Assembly: GCF_947568905.1 (NCBI RefSeq)
Contig: NC_079170.1
Span: 27,156,001 to 27,220,000, forward strand
Direction: 5' to 3'
DNA: 64,000 nt
Source of the DNA: Ostrea edulis
Taxonomy: Eukaryota
Shown here: in pieces, positions 52,288 to 63,982 of the stretch
How positions within the stretch are numbered: the stretch's first letter is position 1
Layout of the letters: the number at the start of each line of letters is the position of its first letter
The notes under the pieces: generated by a model
Seen by the model: the letters and a program-made list of their open reading frames with translations, nothing else
What the model was told of the DNA's origin: nothing
Databases searched by the model: none
Translations under genes and position numbers: made by a program

Positions 52288-53657
52288 TAGATATATAGTA
52301 TAGGTCTGTACTTCAGTCAGATTGGGGACAATAGTTCTCGAGAGGTAGCAATTTCCAATGATTCCATCAAATACACGCAGCATTCATATGATAATACTGA
52401 CTATAATCAGACCTGAACAAAAAAGGCGAAATTAATTACCTAAACATTTCTTACATATCATCTTTTGTATTAAAGTTGGTATCCAATTGATAAGGGTATA
52501 AATTTACCTTTCCAACAGTCTCAGATGAAGGGTATACCAACATCAATTTTACGCTAGTGACAACACCTAGCTAACATTGTGTTACTATATAAACATTGTA
52601 TTCTTTTGAGAAGTGCTTAACACAGTGGTTACCAATTAATAAGCATATCTGTATATCTCGATTTATATTCCATGAATAACAATTAGTTGTATAAATAGTA
52701 TTTTGGGGTTTTTTTTATCCCACAATGTATTGACAATGCCTTACTTAAGGACGGTAATGGTGATGTAAAGCTTGTACGGTACCAATTTGGATGCACCAGA
52801 TGCGCATTTCGACAAATAATGTCTCTTCAGTGATGCTCAACCGAAATCTTTGAAAACCGAAATAACAATGAAGTTTTAGAGCTAAATGTAGCCAAAAACA
52901 GCGTGCCAAAAAAGTGGAGTCAAATTCGTCTAAGGATAAGAGCTATGCATGAGGAATATAATCCTTAATTTTGAAATGAATTTCTAAATTTTATAACAGC
53001 AATTAAATATACATCCGTACTTTCAAGCTAGTAACGAAGTACTTAGCTACTGGGCTGTAGAGACCCTCGGGGACTAACAGTCCACCAGCAGAGGCCTCGA
53101 CCCAGGGGTCATAATGTAAAGCTTGTACGGTACCAATTTGGATGCACCAGATGCGCATTTCGACAAATAATGTCTCTTCAGTGATGTTCAACCGAAATGT
53201 TTGAAAACCGAAATAACAATGAAGTAATGAATTACTTTTTAAAGAAAACGACGATTGGTAAAAGTAATTTAATGCCCAAAATAATTACGATAATTGTAAT
53301 AATATATATAATATCCATTTTTTTTTCTTTTGAGATATTTTCCATTAATTTGTTTCTTTTTGTAATGACAATGCATTACTTAAGTTAAGTAATAATGGTA
53401 TTGTAATGCCTTACTTTTTAAAGAAAAAGACGAATGACAAATGTAATTTAGTGCCCAAAATAATTCGATAGTTGAAATGAAATACACTACTTCAAAATAT
53501 TATTCCCATCAAGTCTCTTCCATACATTACAAATTTAATATATTTCTTTCTTTTGAGATATTTGCCATTAATTTGTTTTTCTTCATCATATCAGTGTAAT
53601 TGTACTTACGTCACCAGAAATGAGTCCAACTACAGCACAAAAAAGTATATATTTCAT
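51745..53657 (-). CDS. Secreted C1q-domain protein (C1qDC copy G5), 2 coding exons, 148 aa
   Basis: Exon 53657-53610 MKYILFCAVVGLISGD with a phase-0 GAC|GTAAGT donor; exon 52143-51745 after TTTTACCACAG gives RGRKVAFTALLSK..NVFSGFLINEL. Open frame. Confidence 0.9.
52230..52323. repeat. 25-bp inverted repeat enclosing a (TA)n tract
   Basis: AATCTGACTAAAATACAGACCTATA and TATAGGTCTGTACTTCAGTCAGATT, 2 mismatches. Confidence 0.9.
52790..52839 (-). ncRNA. Type I hammerhead ribozyme, intact
   Basis: GCAUCA-CUGAAGA-GACAUUAUUUGUC-GAAA-UGCGCA-UC/UGGUGC. Confidence 0.85.
53141..53190 (-). ncRNA. Type I hammerhead ribozyme, core intact, one distal stem I mismatch
   Basis: ACAUCA-CUGAAGA-GACAUUAUUUGUC-GAAA-UGCGCA-UC/UGGUGC. 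Confidence 0.82.
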
Positions 53658-53919
53658 TGTGTCTTCTTCTGAAAAACATAACGTTATAAAAAGATTTAAT
53701 TTCGATTTTTTCCTGATATTAGCACAACAACATACAATATCGTCAGATCAGTCCACAGTTTCATTATCACAGTTAAACAGTTTACAGTGGTATACCCCCT
53801 GTCAGTATCTTTGTTCACTCGGATTTATCAGGCTTATTTTTTCCAAATTTTATTGTACAATATATCAGAATCCAGCAGTTGCCCACAATTTCATTACCTT
53901 CAATTGAGTGGAGAAAGTC

Positions 53920-54021
53920 GGATATCTCTGGTTTGTCAAGGGGTCCGTGTTTGCCCAACTGTCTATTTTGTATTGCTTATAGGAGCTATGATATTGATGA
54001 CTGTTCGTTACCTTCACCTTT
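53920..54021 (+). mobile_element. Penelope-like 3'-end fragment
   Basis: GGGGTCCGTGTTTGCCCAACT..CTGTTCGTTACCTTCACCTTT. Confidence 0.8.
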
Positions 54022-54921
54022 CATCAACAATGTACCAGGTTTGAACAAGTAGATCATGGTTTACACCGATTTCCACATGTCTAATCTATTTTACCGTGTT
54101 CATCAGAATATCTTTGCATCATTATAAGGGAATTGTATACTATAAGGGATGTTGGCCGGCCTCAAGAGTCCATAGGGCCCAGAGAGGATATGTATGTATG
54201 TATTCTAGCAATGCAGTAGTATCAGAGAACAGTTTCGTGATACCTTTTGAAAACGTCAACCTGACCTGCGTGTTAAATTTCATAGCTTTTTCTTGGAACT
54301 CTCAATCTCTAGAATTTCATTCTGAACCCCTATATTCTATTTCAATTCATTTACTATATATTAATGTGATTGAGATTTTTTCTAGAAAAACGTTAACACA
54401 AATATTATATGTTTGACCTATATGAAATTTATATATTTGTTCTGATCAAAGTTGATAAAAGGAGAGATATATGATGTTTTCCTATTCAATGATTTAGCAT
54501 GGTTGTATTATGGGGTGCACGCATTGCGATTCATTTCTCCTAATTGTAAGAATGGTAAATCTGAAAAAGCTAGATGATATTCTTTAATTGAAAAGGACTC
54601 AAATTTAATGCTAACTGGCTTTTAATCAAGCACAATGAGTTTTATTTTCTCGTAGGATTTAACATTTGCTGCAGATATAGAATACATGTCTTTTACTCAG
54701 GAGTTAACAACAATGAAACATTCAACAGAAATACTTCTACTTCAAACTCATAATTAATGCATTGCATTGGGGATATAGTTCTTACTAATTTTAAGATTTA
54801 TATACAGTCACGATAACAACCAGCAGAGTTTATCAGTACTATAAAGTAAGGTTCAGCGGAGAAGTGTTCACCTGATTTGACAGTTTTACCTTATGCTTTT
54901 TGAAGGTTTATTTACAGTCAT

Positions 54922-54985
54922 ACTTACAGCCAGCAGAATTAATCAGAAATGTTACGAATAGATCAGAATGCCTACATATTATATA
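54922..54985 (-). promoter_or_regulatory. Candidate TATA box and short non-coding first exon of G5
   Basis: TATATAAT at 54985-54978; GGCT|GTAAGT donor at 54928. The G5 signal exon has an upstream acceptor. Confidence 0.45.
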
Positions 54986-55719
54986 CCATCCCCTATCTAC
55001 ACCTGGTGCGAATCAGATTGGTATTATCAGTACTTGAATTGATTTATACGACCTCAGTATCAGCCACATATGTGTAGAATAAATATTAACTTCCTTACAT
55101 GAAAGGTATACCTAAGGTTATAAAACTGTATTGTTGAAATATTGCCCCATGTGCCACTTATCGGCGTAGTCTGAAATTTTTTATTCATAATTACTGTCCA
55201 ATTCTAGATAGTCCTAGACGAATATTTCGAATTAATGAATTGTTCAGGATTGTTATCTACATTTTTCTATTCTTTTTAGAGAAATGTCCTTACATACAAA
55301 ATACACAAGATAAACAGTTTGGTTGGTTTTTTATTCTTTATGTTCATTCTAAGTTTTGGAATTTTATTTAAGCTTGTTCTGTTTCATTTTTTTTTTTCAT
55401 TTTGAATTGAAACAACTCACATTCTTATATAGACTTGCCCATACTTATTGTGTGTGTGAATTGTGTATCGTGGCTATGACTGCACGTTCTAAAGAAAGTT
55501 CAGGAACATTGTTGCCACTACATAGTTATTGTTATAAACTAATAATAGCACACGCAGGGAAACCGTTTCACAGCGTATCATTGTGTAATCTTGTTCTAAT
55601 CATCAGAGGATCGTTTCAATGTCAACGTTTCTCTTGGGATTTTTTTCCCCTCTCAATTAGATGGAATAAAGAATTACCACGTGTTAACAGGATAGATATT
55701 TACATTTCTCAAATAAATT

Positions 55720-56755
55720 ACTAACACAACGATTAGAAAGCAATAAAAGATACTAAATAATCAATGGTTGTTAAACCTTGCGTCCTGACAAGGCCTGTCC
55801 TCGATTAAGATGTCTCCACCGTTGTTCTGCGGTAGGTAAAGCGTCTGACTAGCATGTGGATTCAGGGTTGGTTTCAGATGCAGAAAATAACATTGATATA
55901 TTTATACCTTCTTAATGGCTTTTATCCGCACATCTTTGCTTCTTCAACTCGTCGAGTTACAATACATATTGTTAAGATATATTTAATAGGTGGTGAAAAA
56001 TCACTTGTTGGCTGATATACTCCACCCTAATGTGTCAGCACGTGCTCATATTAAAAAAACCATAATGGCGTTCATTGTGTGTAGTTGGACAATAGGACTG
56101 TACAAGTCACCATTGGCATTGTGGTATAACTTTTTTTTCAATACAACACACACTGACGCTGTTCCAAATGAGATACCACGTACATGTATTACCGTATCTG
56201 ATTCTGAATGAACACGGTTAGTCTGCACATCTTGCAATTGCAAGAATCACCTCATTTTGTCGTATACATTCAAATGATAGCCATACAATATTGACAAGTC
56301 GCAAGTCATGTTGGTTATTCATAAGAACTAAAATGTCTAATATAAAACGTTCAGAACTATACATGTATAAAAACAAAACAAAAAAAACATCCTTTCAAAA
56401 TTACTTTTGATATCCATAAATCAATACATGAATATTTTACATTTATTAGAAAGTGATGATAATCTTATCATCATAAACATATTCAATTGTGCAAAAAAAA
56501 ATTGTCATCGGTTACAGAATATTTAACATCATTCACTTCAAATTTCTTATGACCTACTGTTGCAAACTAAATTTCTATTATCTTGAAACTGTTAAAATCA
56601 AGATTTGTGCGATTGATGATTTAATATTGGATCTGCAGATCCCAAGGAGGGAGAAATCTTGGAAACCTATCCCTATTTTCGGTATACTGTCGATATTTCC
56701 CTTACAATAACATGAAATAAAACTAAAACTACTACAATTTTATTAACATCCCTAT
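55720..56755 (-). pseudogene. C1qDC copy G6, highly decayed paralogue of G4
   Basis: Colinear with 39210-40240. Confidence 0.65.
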
Positions 56756-57814
56756 ACCATTGCTCTAATGTATAAGACGCTCGGGTGAATTTTACGAACA
56801 GTGATACTTTTTTGTTACATTTTCGAATAATTTAATTCTTATTGTATCCTTGTCTCTGATTGGTCAAATTCCAATTGAGGAACGCAAGTTATTTTTGTAT
56901 AACCTGGTTTGGTATGGGGACACCCCCCCTTGAAAACCAGACGCCGGGATTATTCTTTTTCTCTGTCTAGAATTACACCGCAGCACTGTTTTCAGCCTTC
57001 TACGGAATAGAAAGTTAACGTTTACAATAAGATACTTCGGTTTCATACACAAGTTGTTTTCTCGTCGTCAATATTAGCATCTACTTGTAATTGTACGCAA
57101 ATAACTGTTATAAAAGATCTTTTGAAAATATATGTATGCATGGTCGAATAATAGATTAAAACTAAGATATTATATTAGAATTAATGATTTGCCAAGTAAT
57201 ATAAGCATTACCTTGTTTATTTTGAAATACATTTCTCACTGGGTAAAAGGGGGGTTCATTGCTTGATCCGTCTTTTAACAAAGCAAACAAGAATTTATAC
57301 GTCACATTTTATTACATCACGTCAGACACATTGACATGTGGATCGCGATTTGTCATTTGCTTACATATTTTTTGTGTCGAATTTACTATTAGTGACAACG
57401 TTGCATACAAGGGTAAGTTTCCATCTAATAGAAGTTTTCACTGAGTTAAAAGCCGCAAATTATTGCATTTTCTGATATTTGAAAATTTATTTTGGGTAGG
57501 CCTAAACAATGCAATTTCCCGTCTTTTCTCAATCTGTCGGAGATGAGCGACTTCAAAGTCGATCTCTATCTCTAAAGGGCAGCGAAATACACTTTACATG
57601 TATAGTCTACACATATTTTCTATCAAAACAAACTTCACCTTCGATACAATATTTCGATTAATAGGCTAGGCTCCATAGAACTAAGATTAAAGATGGTGAC
57701 CATCGCAGCACAAGGGACGCCACTCGGCATATAACGAGTGGCGTAAGGCGACCCAACAGGGCAATAATAATTGCTACTGGTTACATTGAAAGAGTGTACA
57801 TGTATATATATGGC

Positions 57815-58039
57815 ATAATCATGTTATTCGATCCGCGGACTTTACGATACCATTTATTCCGTAAATGTGACTTTTTAAAACGGAATAAATAACATGATTA
57901 GTTAACATGTGTAAACATATAACAGTATTAGTAACTATTTAGTCCGTGTGCCGACTATCTATAATGATATATCTTTACACATATATATATAACCATGATA
58001 ACGATATTGTTAAGTCCGCGGATCGAATAACATGATTAT
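57815..58039. mobile_element. ~225-bp MITE, duplicated copy
   Basis: Paralogue of 41302-41524. Confidence 0.7.
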
Positions 58040-58164
58040 ACCCACTGTTTTACTAATCAATAATAGTTCAATCATTAAATTTACATTTGATTTATAAATG
58101 CATTACAAAATCTAGACAATAAATCTAACATCCAATGTACTTCTCAATTAATTTTAAAATATAG

Positions 58165-58234
<70 letters not shown>

Positions 58235-58425
58235 GTGTGTGGGGGGGGGCTGTTTAGAGTAGGCTCCGCCTACATTTTCACCGGCGCACGGTCATGAGAT
58301 GGGTTATTCGCTATATATACCTTTCATGTCTCGTCCTCTGTAAGACATCTAAGGGGGGTGTATTGGAATAAGCATTTACGTACATTACATAATATCAAAT
58401 ACATTATCGTATTTTTTCTCTAAAG

Positions 58426-59500
58426 GTTTTACAAATGTAGTCTGCTGTGTTGACGGTACTTTAATCAGAATGCGATGTCCCTTACAGAATGAAGCTGAAT
58501 TTGTCTGTCGGAAAGGCTATTATGCAATCAATGTTCAGGTACATTTGTACATATATGTCAATATACTAGCTACCGGAATATTTCCGTTTAATTTTTGCAT
58601 ATTTTGCCCTCCTCCGAAATAGTACAACGAACTTGATGATTTGTGTTTATCATTGGAGATGGCATATGATGGAACTTTCCGCTTCGTCCATTGTGTTGCC
58701 AAATGGCCCAGTAGTGTATATGTACATGACTCCCGTGTCTTCAGGGAGTCCTCCTTAGCCAGATTATTTGAAACTGGTAAGACTGATAATACAAATAGAT
58801 ACATGTATCACAGTGATTCTATACATGTCTGTGCGTATACCAAAATGAAAGAAAAATTTAATTTGTCCATTTACTTATTAATACCTTATTTATGATCCAT
58901 ATTTAACGAATTGGGAATTTTCACAATTTCATCCACTGTATTGTCCCTGCATATCCACTTGTTCTTTCATCAACACAGAATTAATTAATACTCTTTTATT
59001 AGGTGCCAGTACAGGTCTTATTCTTGGATACTCGGGTTACGGACTGAAAAAATACCTTATGCTTCCTTATTTGACCCCCAGAACTAGGGCAGAGGAAAAA
59101 TTCAACACAACCCTCTGTCGAACCAGGGTTACCAATGAACAGGCGTTCGGCATTCTAAAAAGAAGGTTTCCTTGCCTTCAGGTTGGTGAGTGCAATTATA
59201 CAATTATAAAGATCTGGTAACATACATGTAGTACCAAAGCATTTTATACGATTTTATAAATAATTAAACCAATTTATTATCACTTTCTTAAAAGGTTTGA
59301 GAGTGCAGCCCGACAGAGTCTGTGCAACAGTGATTGCATGTGTGATACTTCACAACTTAGGGATTGACAAGCGCGACATTGTTGACCCAACTCACGTCAA
59401 CAGACGTTTGATGGATGAGGTAGCCTTGCCTGATGCTGGACGTCGAAAAGAGACGAAGACTGTCCAATATCATATCGCTAATACTTTCGTTGGACAGTAA
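58426..59500 (+). pseudogene. Harbinger nuclease, duplicated copy
   Basis: VDGT retained; a 2-aa insertion gives WPSSVYVHDSRVF; GYSGY replaces GDxGY; N-terminus absent. Confidence 0.87.
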
Positions 59501-59537
59501 CCTGTATGTGAAATTCATAATCGAAATATAGTTTGAT

Positions 59538-60216
59538 TTATGTATTTATTAGCATTCTGATACGAGTTTTCCATTCTGCAGCCGCAGAACTTCTCTCTCT
59601 CTCTTCTTTTATCTTTTCCTTCTTCTCTACCGATACCTCCAACTCCATCTCCAGCTTTCGCTTCTCAATCCTCAGAACCTCTTTCAGCATTTGAATGAGA
59701 CTCTTCTCCTTCCTAGGTGGAGCGCTGGACACTTTTGATGATGTGCAGTACATGTAGGACTGTTGTGGGTCACTGAATGCCTGCTGCGAAGCGCCACCGG
59801 TTGTCTTACTACATTCCACTCCAAGATCTAAAATAAAATGCCAATATATTTTATTGCTTCAGTATTATATTTCGACCACAAAAAACGTAGGCATAGGCGA
59901 ATCCAGAATTTCCAGAAAAGGTGTGGGGCACATTACGTCCGGCACATGAGAAATTCAAGTATAAGCCAAAATACTCAGCCATGTTTTAGTTGCCAAATAT
60001 GGAGTTTTCATCTATATATGCCAGTAATGCTTTGCAAATTTGGCGCGAAAGGGGGGTGCCCCTCTTAATTTGCCACTGATAGTAATAGTAGTATTAAATA
60101 TATAATTCTTACCACCCGAATCAAACCCTTCACTCAATCCCTCTACAGATGGCCTTCCCTCCATTGTATCGATAATGGCCTCCTGAATAGAAGTAGGCGA
60201 AGTGGGCTTCGGTCCG

Positions 60217-60260
<44 letters not shown>

Positions 60261-61700
60261 TTTGTGGTCTTTTGATTTTGGAAACTTTCTCCTTGGCTTT
60301 AAAATAAACATATATTGTATTATTATTCTTTTTAGTAAGCTTTTCCTAGTTTTCAAAGAATAGACATGATGGTATGTACTTGATTTCGTGGTCGAGGAGT
60401 TGTAACTTTTTATCGTAGGACTTCCAAGTTTCTATTTGTCTATTAGATCTATTTGTGGAGAATTTCGATTTGTGAGTATCAGAGTTGGTGAACGATTCCA
60501 GACTACCAGATACAACAAACATTTTTAGAAGAAATATAACTATTCACTTCCGTTGCAATATCTCCGATTTTCGTCAATTTTGTGAAAATTAGATGTAATA
60601 GATCACGTAAATGTTGGCCAGATTGATGTTGTGTATTTATTGCAATATCGAGTGATTAAACAACTACACCACATATAATACTTGTCTATTATTACTTTGT
60701 ACTGTATGGAATTTTCCGGGGGATACCTACTTTCATTTTTGAATTTTCCGACCTTGTTGTCTATTTTGAAGATTAATCAAAGATGCTAAAATGGCAAATT
60801 TTATGGTACATGTAACCTACGCATAGTAAAACGAGTAATTGATCCAATAAATTGTTACATTTGTTCCACAAATATTTTTTCTAAACTGAGGGTTGGGGAT
60901 ATATCCATCTATGAGCTAAAAAGGATGAAAATGATACTACAACAAAATTGATAAAAAAAATCTAATCCTGTGTTATAAAAAATGGAGAGCTGTTAAACAC
61001 AAAATCATTCCTAATCTACAGGACATACTGTCTCGTAGATTTTTTTACGGTCTTTCGCCAACTCTGGGGTATGCACATGTTCAACGAAAAAGAAACCCCG
61101 TGGAAATTATATAGTGCATTTTAATTCAAGTGCATATCAATTTTTAAAGTGTTTTAATTGCAAACATGCTGTAGAAAATCTACAATTATATATGCACCTC
61201 TGTTCTTTAAATTGCCATATTGCTTCACCGCCGCTTTCCCACTCTGCAAATAAAATGTTAGGTAACTTTTCTTCTTTATACCATTATTGTTTTAAAAAAT
61301 ACCTTTACACTACGTTTATAAAGTTGTGAATTTATTCTTAAAATTGAAAGTAATATTTGCATTTTATATATATCGAAAGTTGATTTGAATGGGGGGAGGG
61401 TCATTTGTAACGAAATTGTTGAAAGCTGCAAGTTCTTGTTAATATAAATATATCATGTAAATAAAATTGACCACCCACTCATTAACCACTCTAGCCATGG
61501 TTTTCCATGCTACCTCTCTCTCTCCTTTTTTCCTCTCCCCGGTCCCTTAAACTTGCCGAACAATTTTTCTTCCAGTTTGTTAACAGTTTTTATGAGAATG
61601 GTTTGCTCCAGAGTAGTCCACGCTGGCTTCCTTTTCACTGGTGTGGCCATTACAGGTTCCAGTGTTTCACACATTACCGGATGAGACATCTCCATGGGGG
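59538..61700 (-). pseudogene. Harbinger Myb/SANT-like gene, duplicated copy
   Basis: KRKPAWTTLEQ..LFGKFKG; frameshifts and a poly-C expansion. Confidence 0.77.
60217..60259. repeat. Poly-C tract, ~43 nt
   Basis: Direct reading; the paralogue at ~43700 has only CCCGCCCC. Confidence 0.92.
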
Positions 61701-63583
61701 TATACAATAATGTAGCCTCTGTAGTTGACGGCAAATCAATGATGTTGTATAGAATGTCTAAATCTGACATTTTTGTTGATACATGCGTACCATAATATAT
61801 AACGTCATCAAAACATTTAAACATTACGTCACAATGCCCTGTGATGATGTTACGGGCGTGAAGTATAAAGAAACAAACAAACAAGGAATCTTCTAAGATT
61901 TTTATTGGTTTTTTTTAAAACCTGTCCACATACAACATTTACAACAAGTTGAGTTTTATTTGGAATGTTTTACTCTGCTGAGTTGAGTAAAATAAACGTT
62001 CGTGGCACACTTATTTGAGTCGAAACTCAGGAGAGTAGAATTAATTTTTCTCAACTCAAATTTGAGTTGAGTAAAATCCAACGTTCGTGATCCCGGGGCC
62101 TGGTAGCACGTTGAACATCAAATGTAACAGATTCCAGTATAAGCCTCTGTTGAGGATTGAATTCGGGATCTCTGGCACGACAGTTAAGTGTTTTGCCACT
62201 CGACCTAATGGTTATTCAACACTACCACATCACAACATTCTCAATCATGAAAAGATGAAGATAACAAACGCTGATCAATATTATGTCAAATTATATTTCA
62301 TGCTTCGACTCTGAATAAAAAATGGATTTTTTGAAATTGTTTATTCTTTCTTATGTGGGAATTACGTATTTTTGAATGAAATATTGTTTCATTTGTAACG
62401 TTGTGAATGCAGAAACATAACGTAAAACAAAATTCTGGAAAAAAATCTAAGTAATGCTGTGTTATACTATGTATATCTACATAGTATGTTATCTATATAT
62501 GTTATGACAACATCCCAATTAAAGAGAAAAAAATCTATTAAAAAAAGCACTCGATGTTGTAAAATTGCATTATAAAACCATTGTTTCCTGTTAGGCCTAT
62601 CTGCATTTTTTCATCATTTCAGCTGGTCTAATCCTCGATATTCACAGAACACCGAATTACCGAAATATCCTTAATCATATATTTGGTCTTCTTGTTCGAC
62701 ATATTTTGGTTTTTCTACGCTTTGCAACATTTTCTACGTTTATATTTGAACTAGTCAGTAGTATTGATAGTTGTGATAATTATCTATGGGGAAATCAGGA
62801 CAGGTGTGTCATGTGTAAATAATTGACAATTTTTTTCATATCAGCTGATTTCTCTCATGTTTGAACTAGTCAGTAGTATGGTTATTTGTGTAAATTGTTT
62901 ATGGGGAAATCTGGACAGATCTGTTGAAATCCTGTGTAATGATAGTACGAAATATCCTATATTTGCTGATTTGCCCCTTGTCTTTGTGAATATTTTCGTA
63001 ATTTTTTCCCTTTAATAAATAACATTTTTTTTATTTTCACATTGTTTTTCTGTGTGTATGTCTGCGTGTGTTTTGCTAATTAAAGCAAAAATAGCTTTGG
63101 TCAGCTGTTTTCGTGTTCGCTGAACAGTATGAGACAAATCCGTTGACCAAAATGCTCTAAAGTATCATCACAGAAACACAATTTGGAGATTGTCTTTCCT
63201 AATTCTAGATACTAGGATTCATTAAATTTTCTTCCATGTCAGCTTAATTTCCATATTGAACCAGAGTGATAACATTTTTCTTATTTAACCTTGGCAGTCT
63301 TTTAATAATATATGCACCATATATTGCGGCTCTGAGAACTTGTTCTAGAGGAAATTCGGATATAGTTTCACTATCTATATTGTACTGTTGTCATCTTGTC
63401 TTGAGACCCTACGAGAGCCAGTTTTGCAGAATATTTAAAGCGTACCATTTTGCATTGTTTTAATCATCAGATGAGCGTTTCTAGTCTCATGGATCTCTTG
63501 TTTTTCAATCAAACAATACAATGAAACAAAACATAAATGGATGCAGTTTGTGTTTAATAAAGATTAACACTACACAAACTTAT

Positions 63584-63982
63584 TTATAGTTCGTTGATTA
63601 AAAAACCAGAAAAGACATTATAAGAACCGTGGTCATGAAATTTTGCATTCCCTCCGTTCCTGTTCTGGATCCAGATTTTATCCCCCTTGTTTAACAGCAG
63701 CTGTAGAGTCTGGCTAGCAAGTGGATACGTGTTGGCATTAGAAAACACGATAGACATCTTTTTGCCATTCTTAGTAATACCGACATGGACAGAATTACTA
63801 GCACGACTCATCAAGCTACAGGAGATGCTGTAGAGACCGTTATAGGGGGCGGTGAAAACACCAGTTGTTGGTTGATAGGCTCCGCCCCAATTTGTCAACA
63901 CGTGATCATACTTCACCACAGCGTGAGCGCCCACTGTTGTTTGTTTGGATAAAATGGCTGTAAAGGCAACCTTCCCTCCTCT
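63584..63982 (-). CDS. C1qDC copy G7, intact gC1q exon; signal exon expected beyond the window
   Basis: TTTTACCACAG|AGA GGA GGG AAG: RGGKVAFTAILSKQTTVGAHAVVKYDHVLTNWGGAYQPTTGVFTAPYNGLYSIS..NVFSGFLINEL, 399 nt, open. Confidence 0.88.
   Translation of the reverse strand, partial: RGGKVAFTAILSKQTTVGAHAVVKYDHVLTNWGGAYQPTTGVFTAPYNGLYSISCSLMSRASNSVHVGITKNGKKMSIVFSNANTYPLASQTLQLLLNKGDKIWIQNRNGGNAKFHDHGSYNVFSGFLINEL

Larger units (their letters stand above)
52763..53224 (-). mobile_element. Retrozyme-like element, 1.3 monomers (period 351), in the G5 intron
   Basis: Two hammerheads at 52790-52839 and 53141-53190. Confidence 0.88.
58235..62100. mobile_element. PIF/Harbinger transposon, duplicated copy
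   Basis: Same organisation; right end GTGATCCCGGGGCC at 62100. Confidence 0.85.

Noticed and set aside
37364-54308. Both duplications start about 16.9 kb apart, suggesting a fixed period
   Set aside because: The offsets change along the units (16.5 kb, 11.8 kb) because of independent insertions; probably coincidence.
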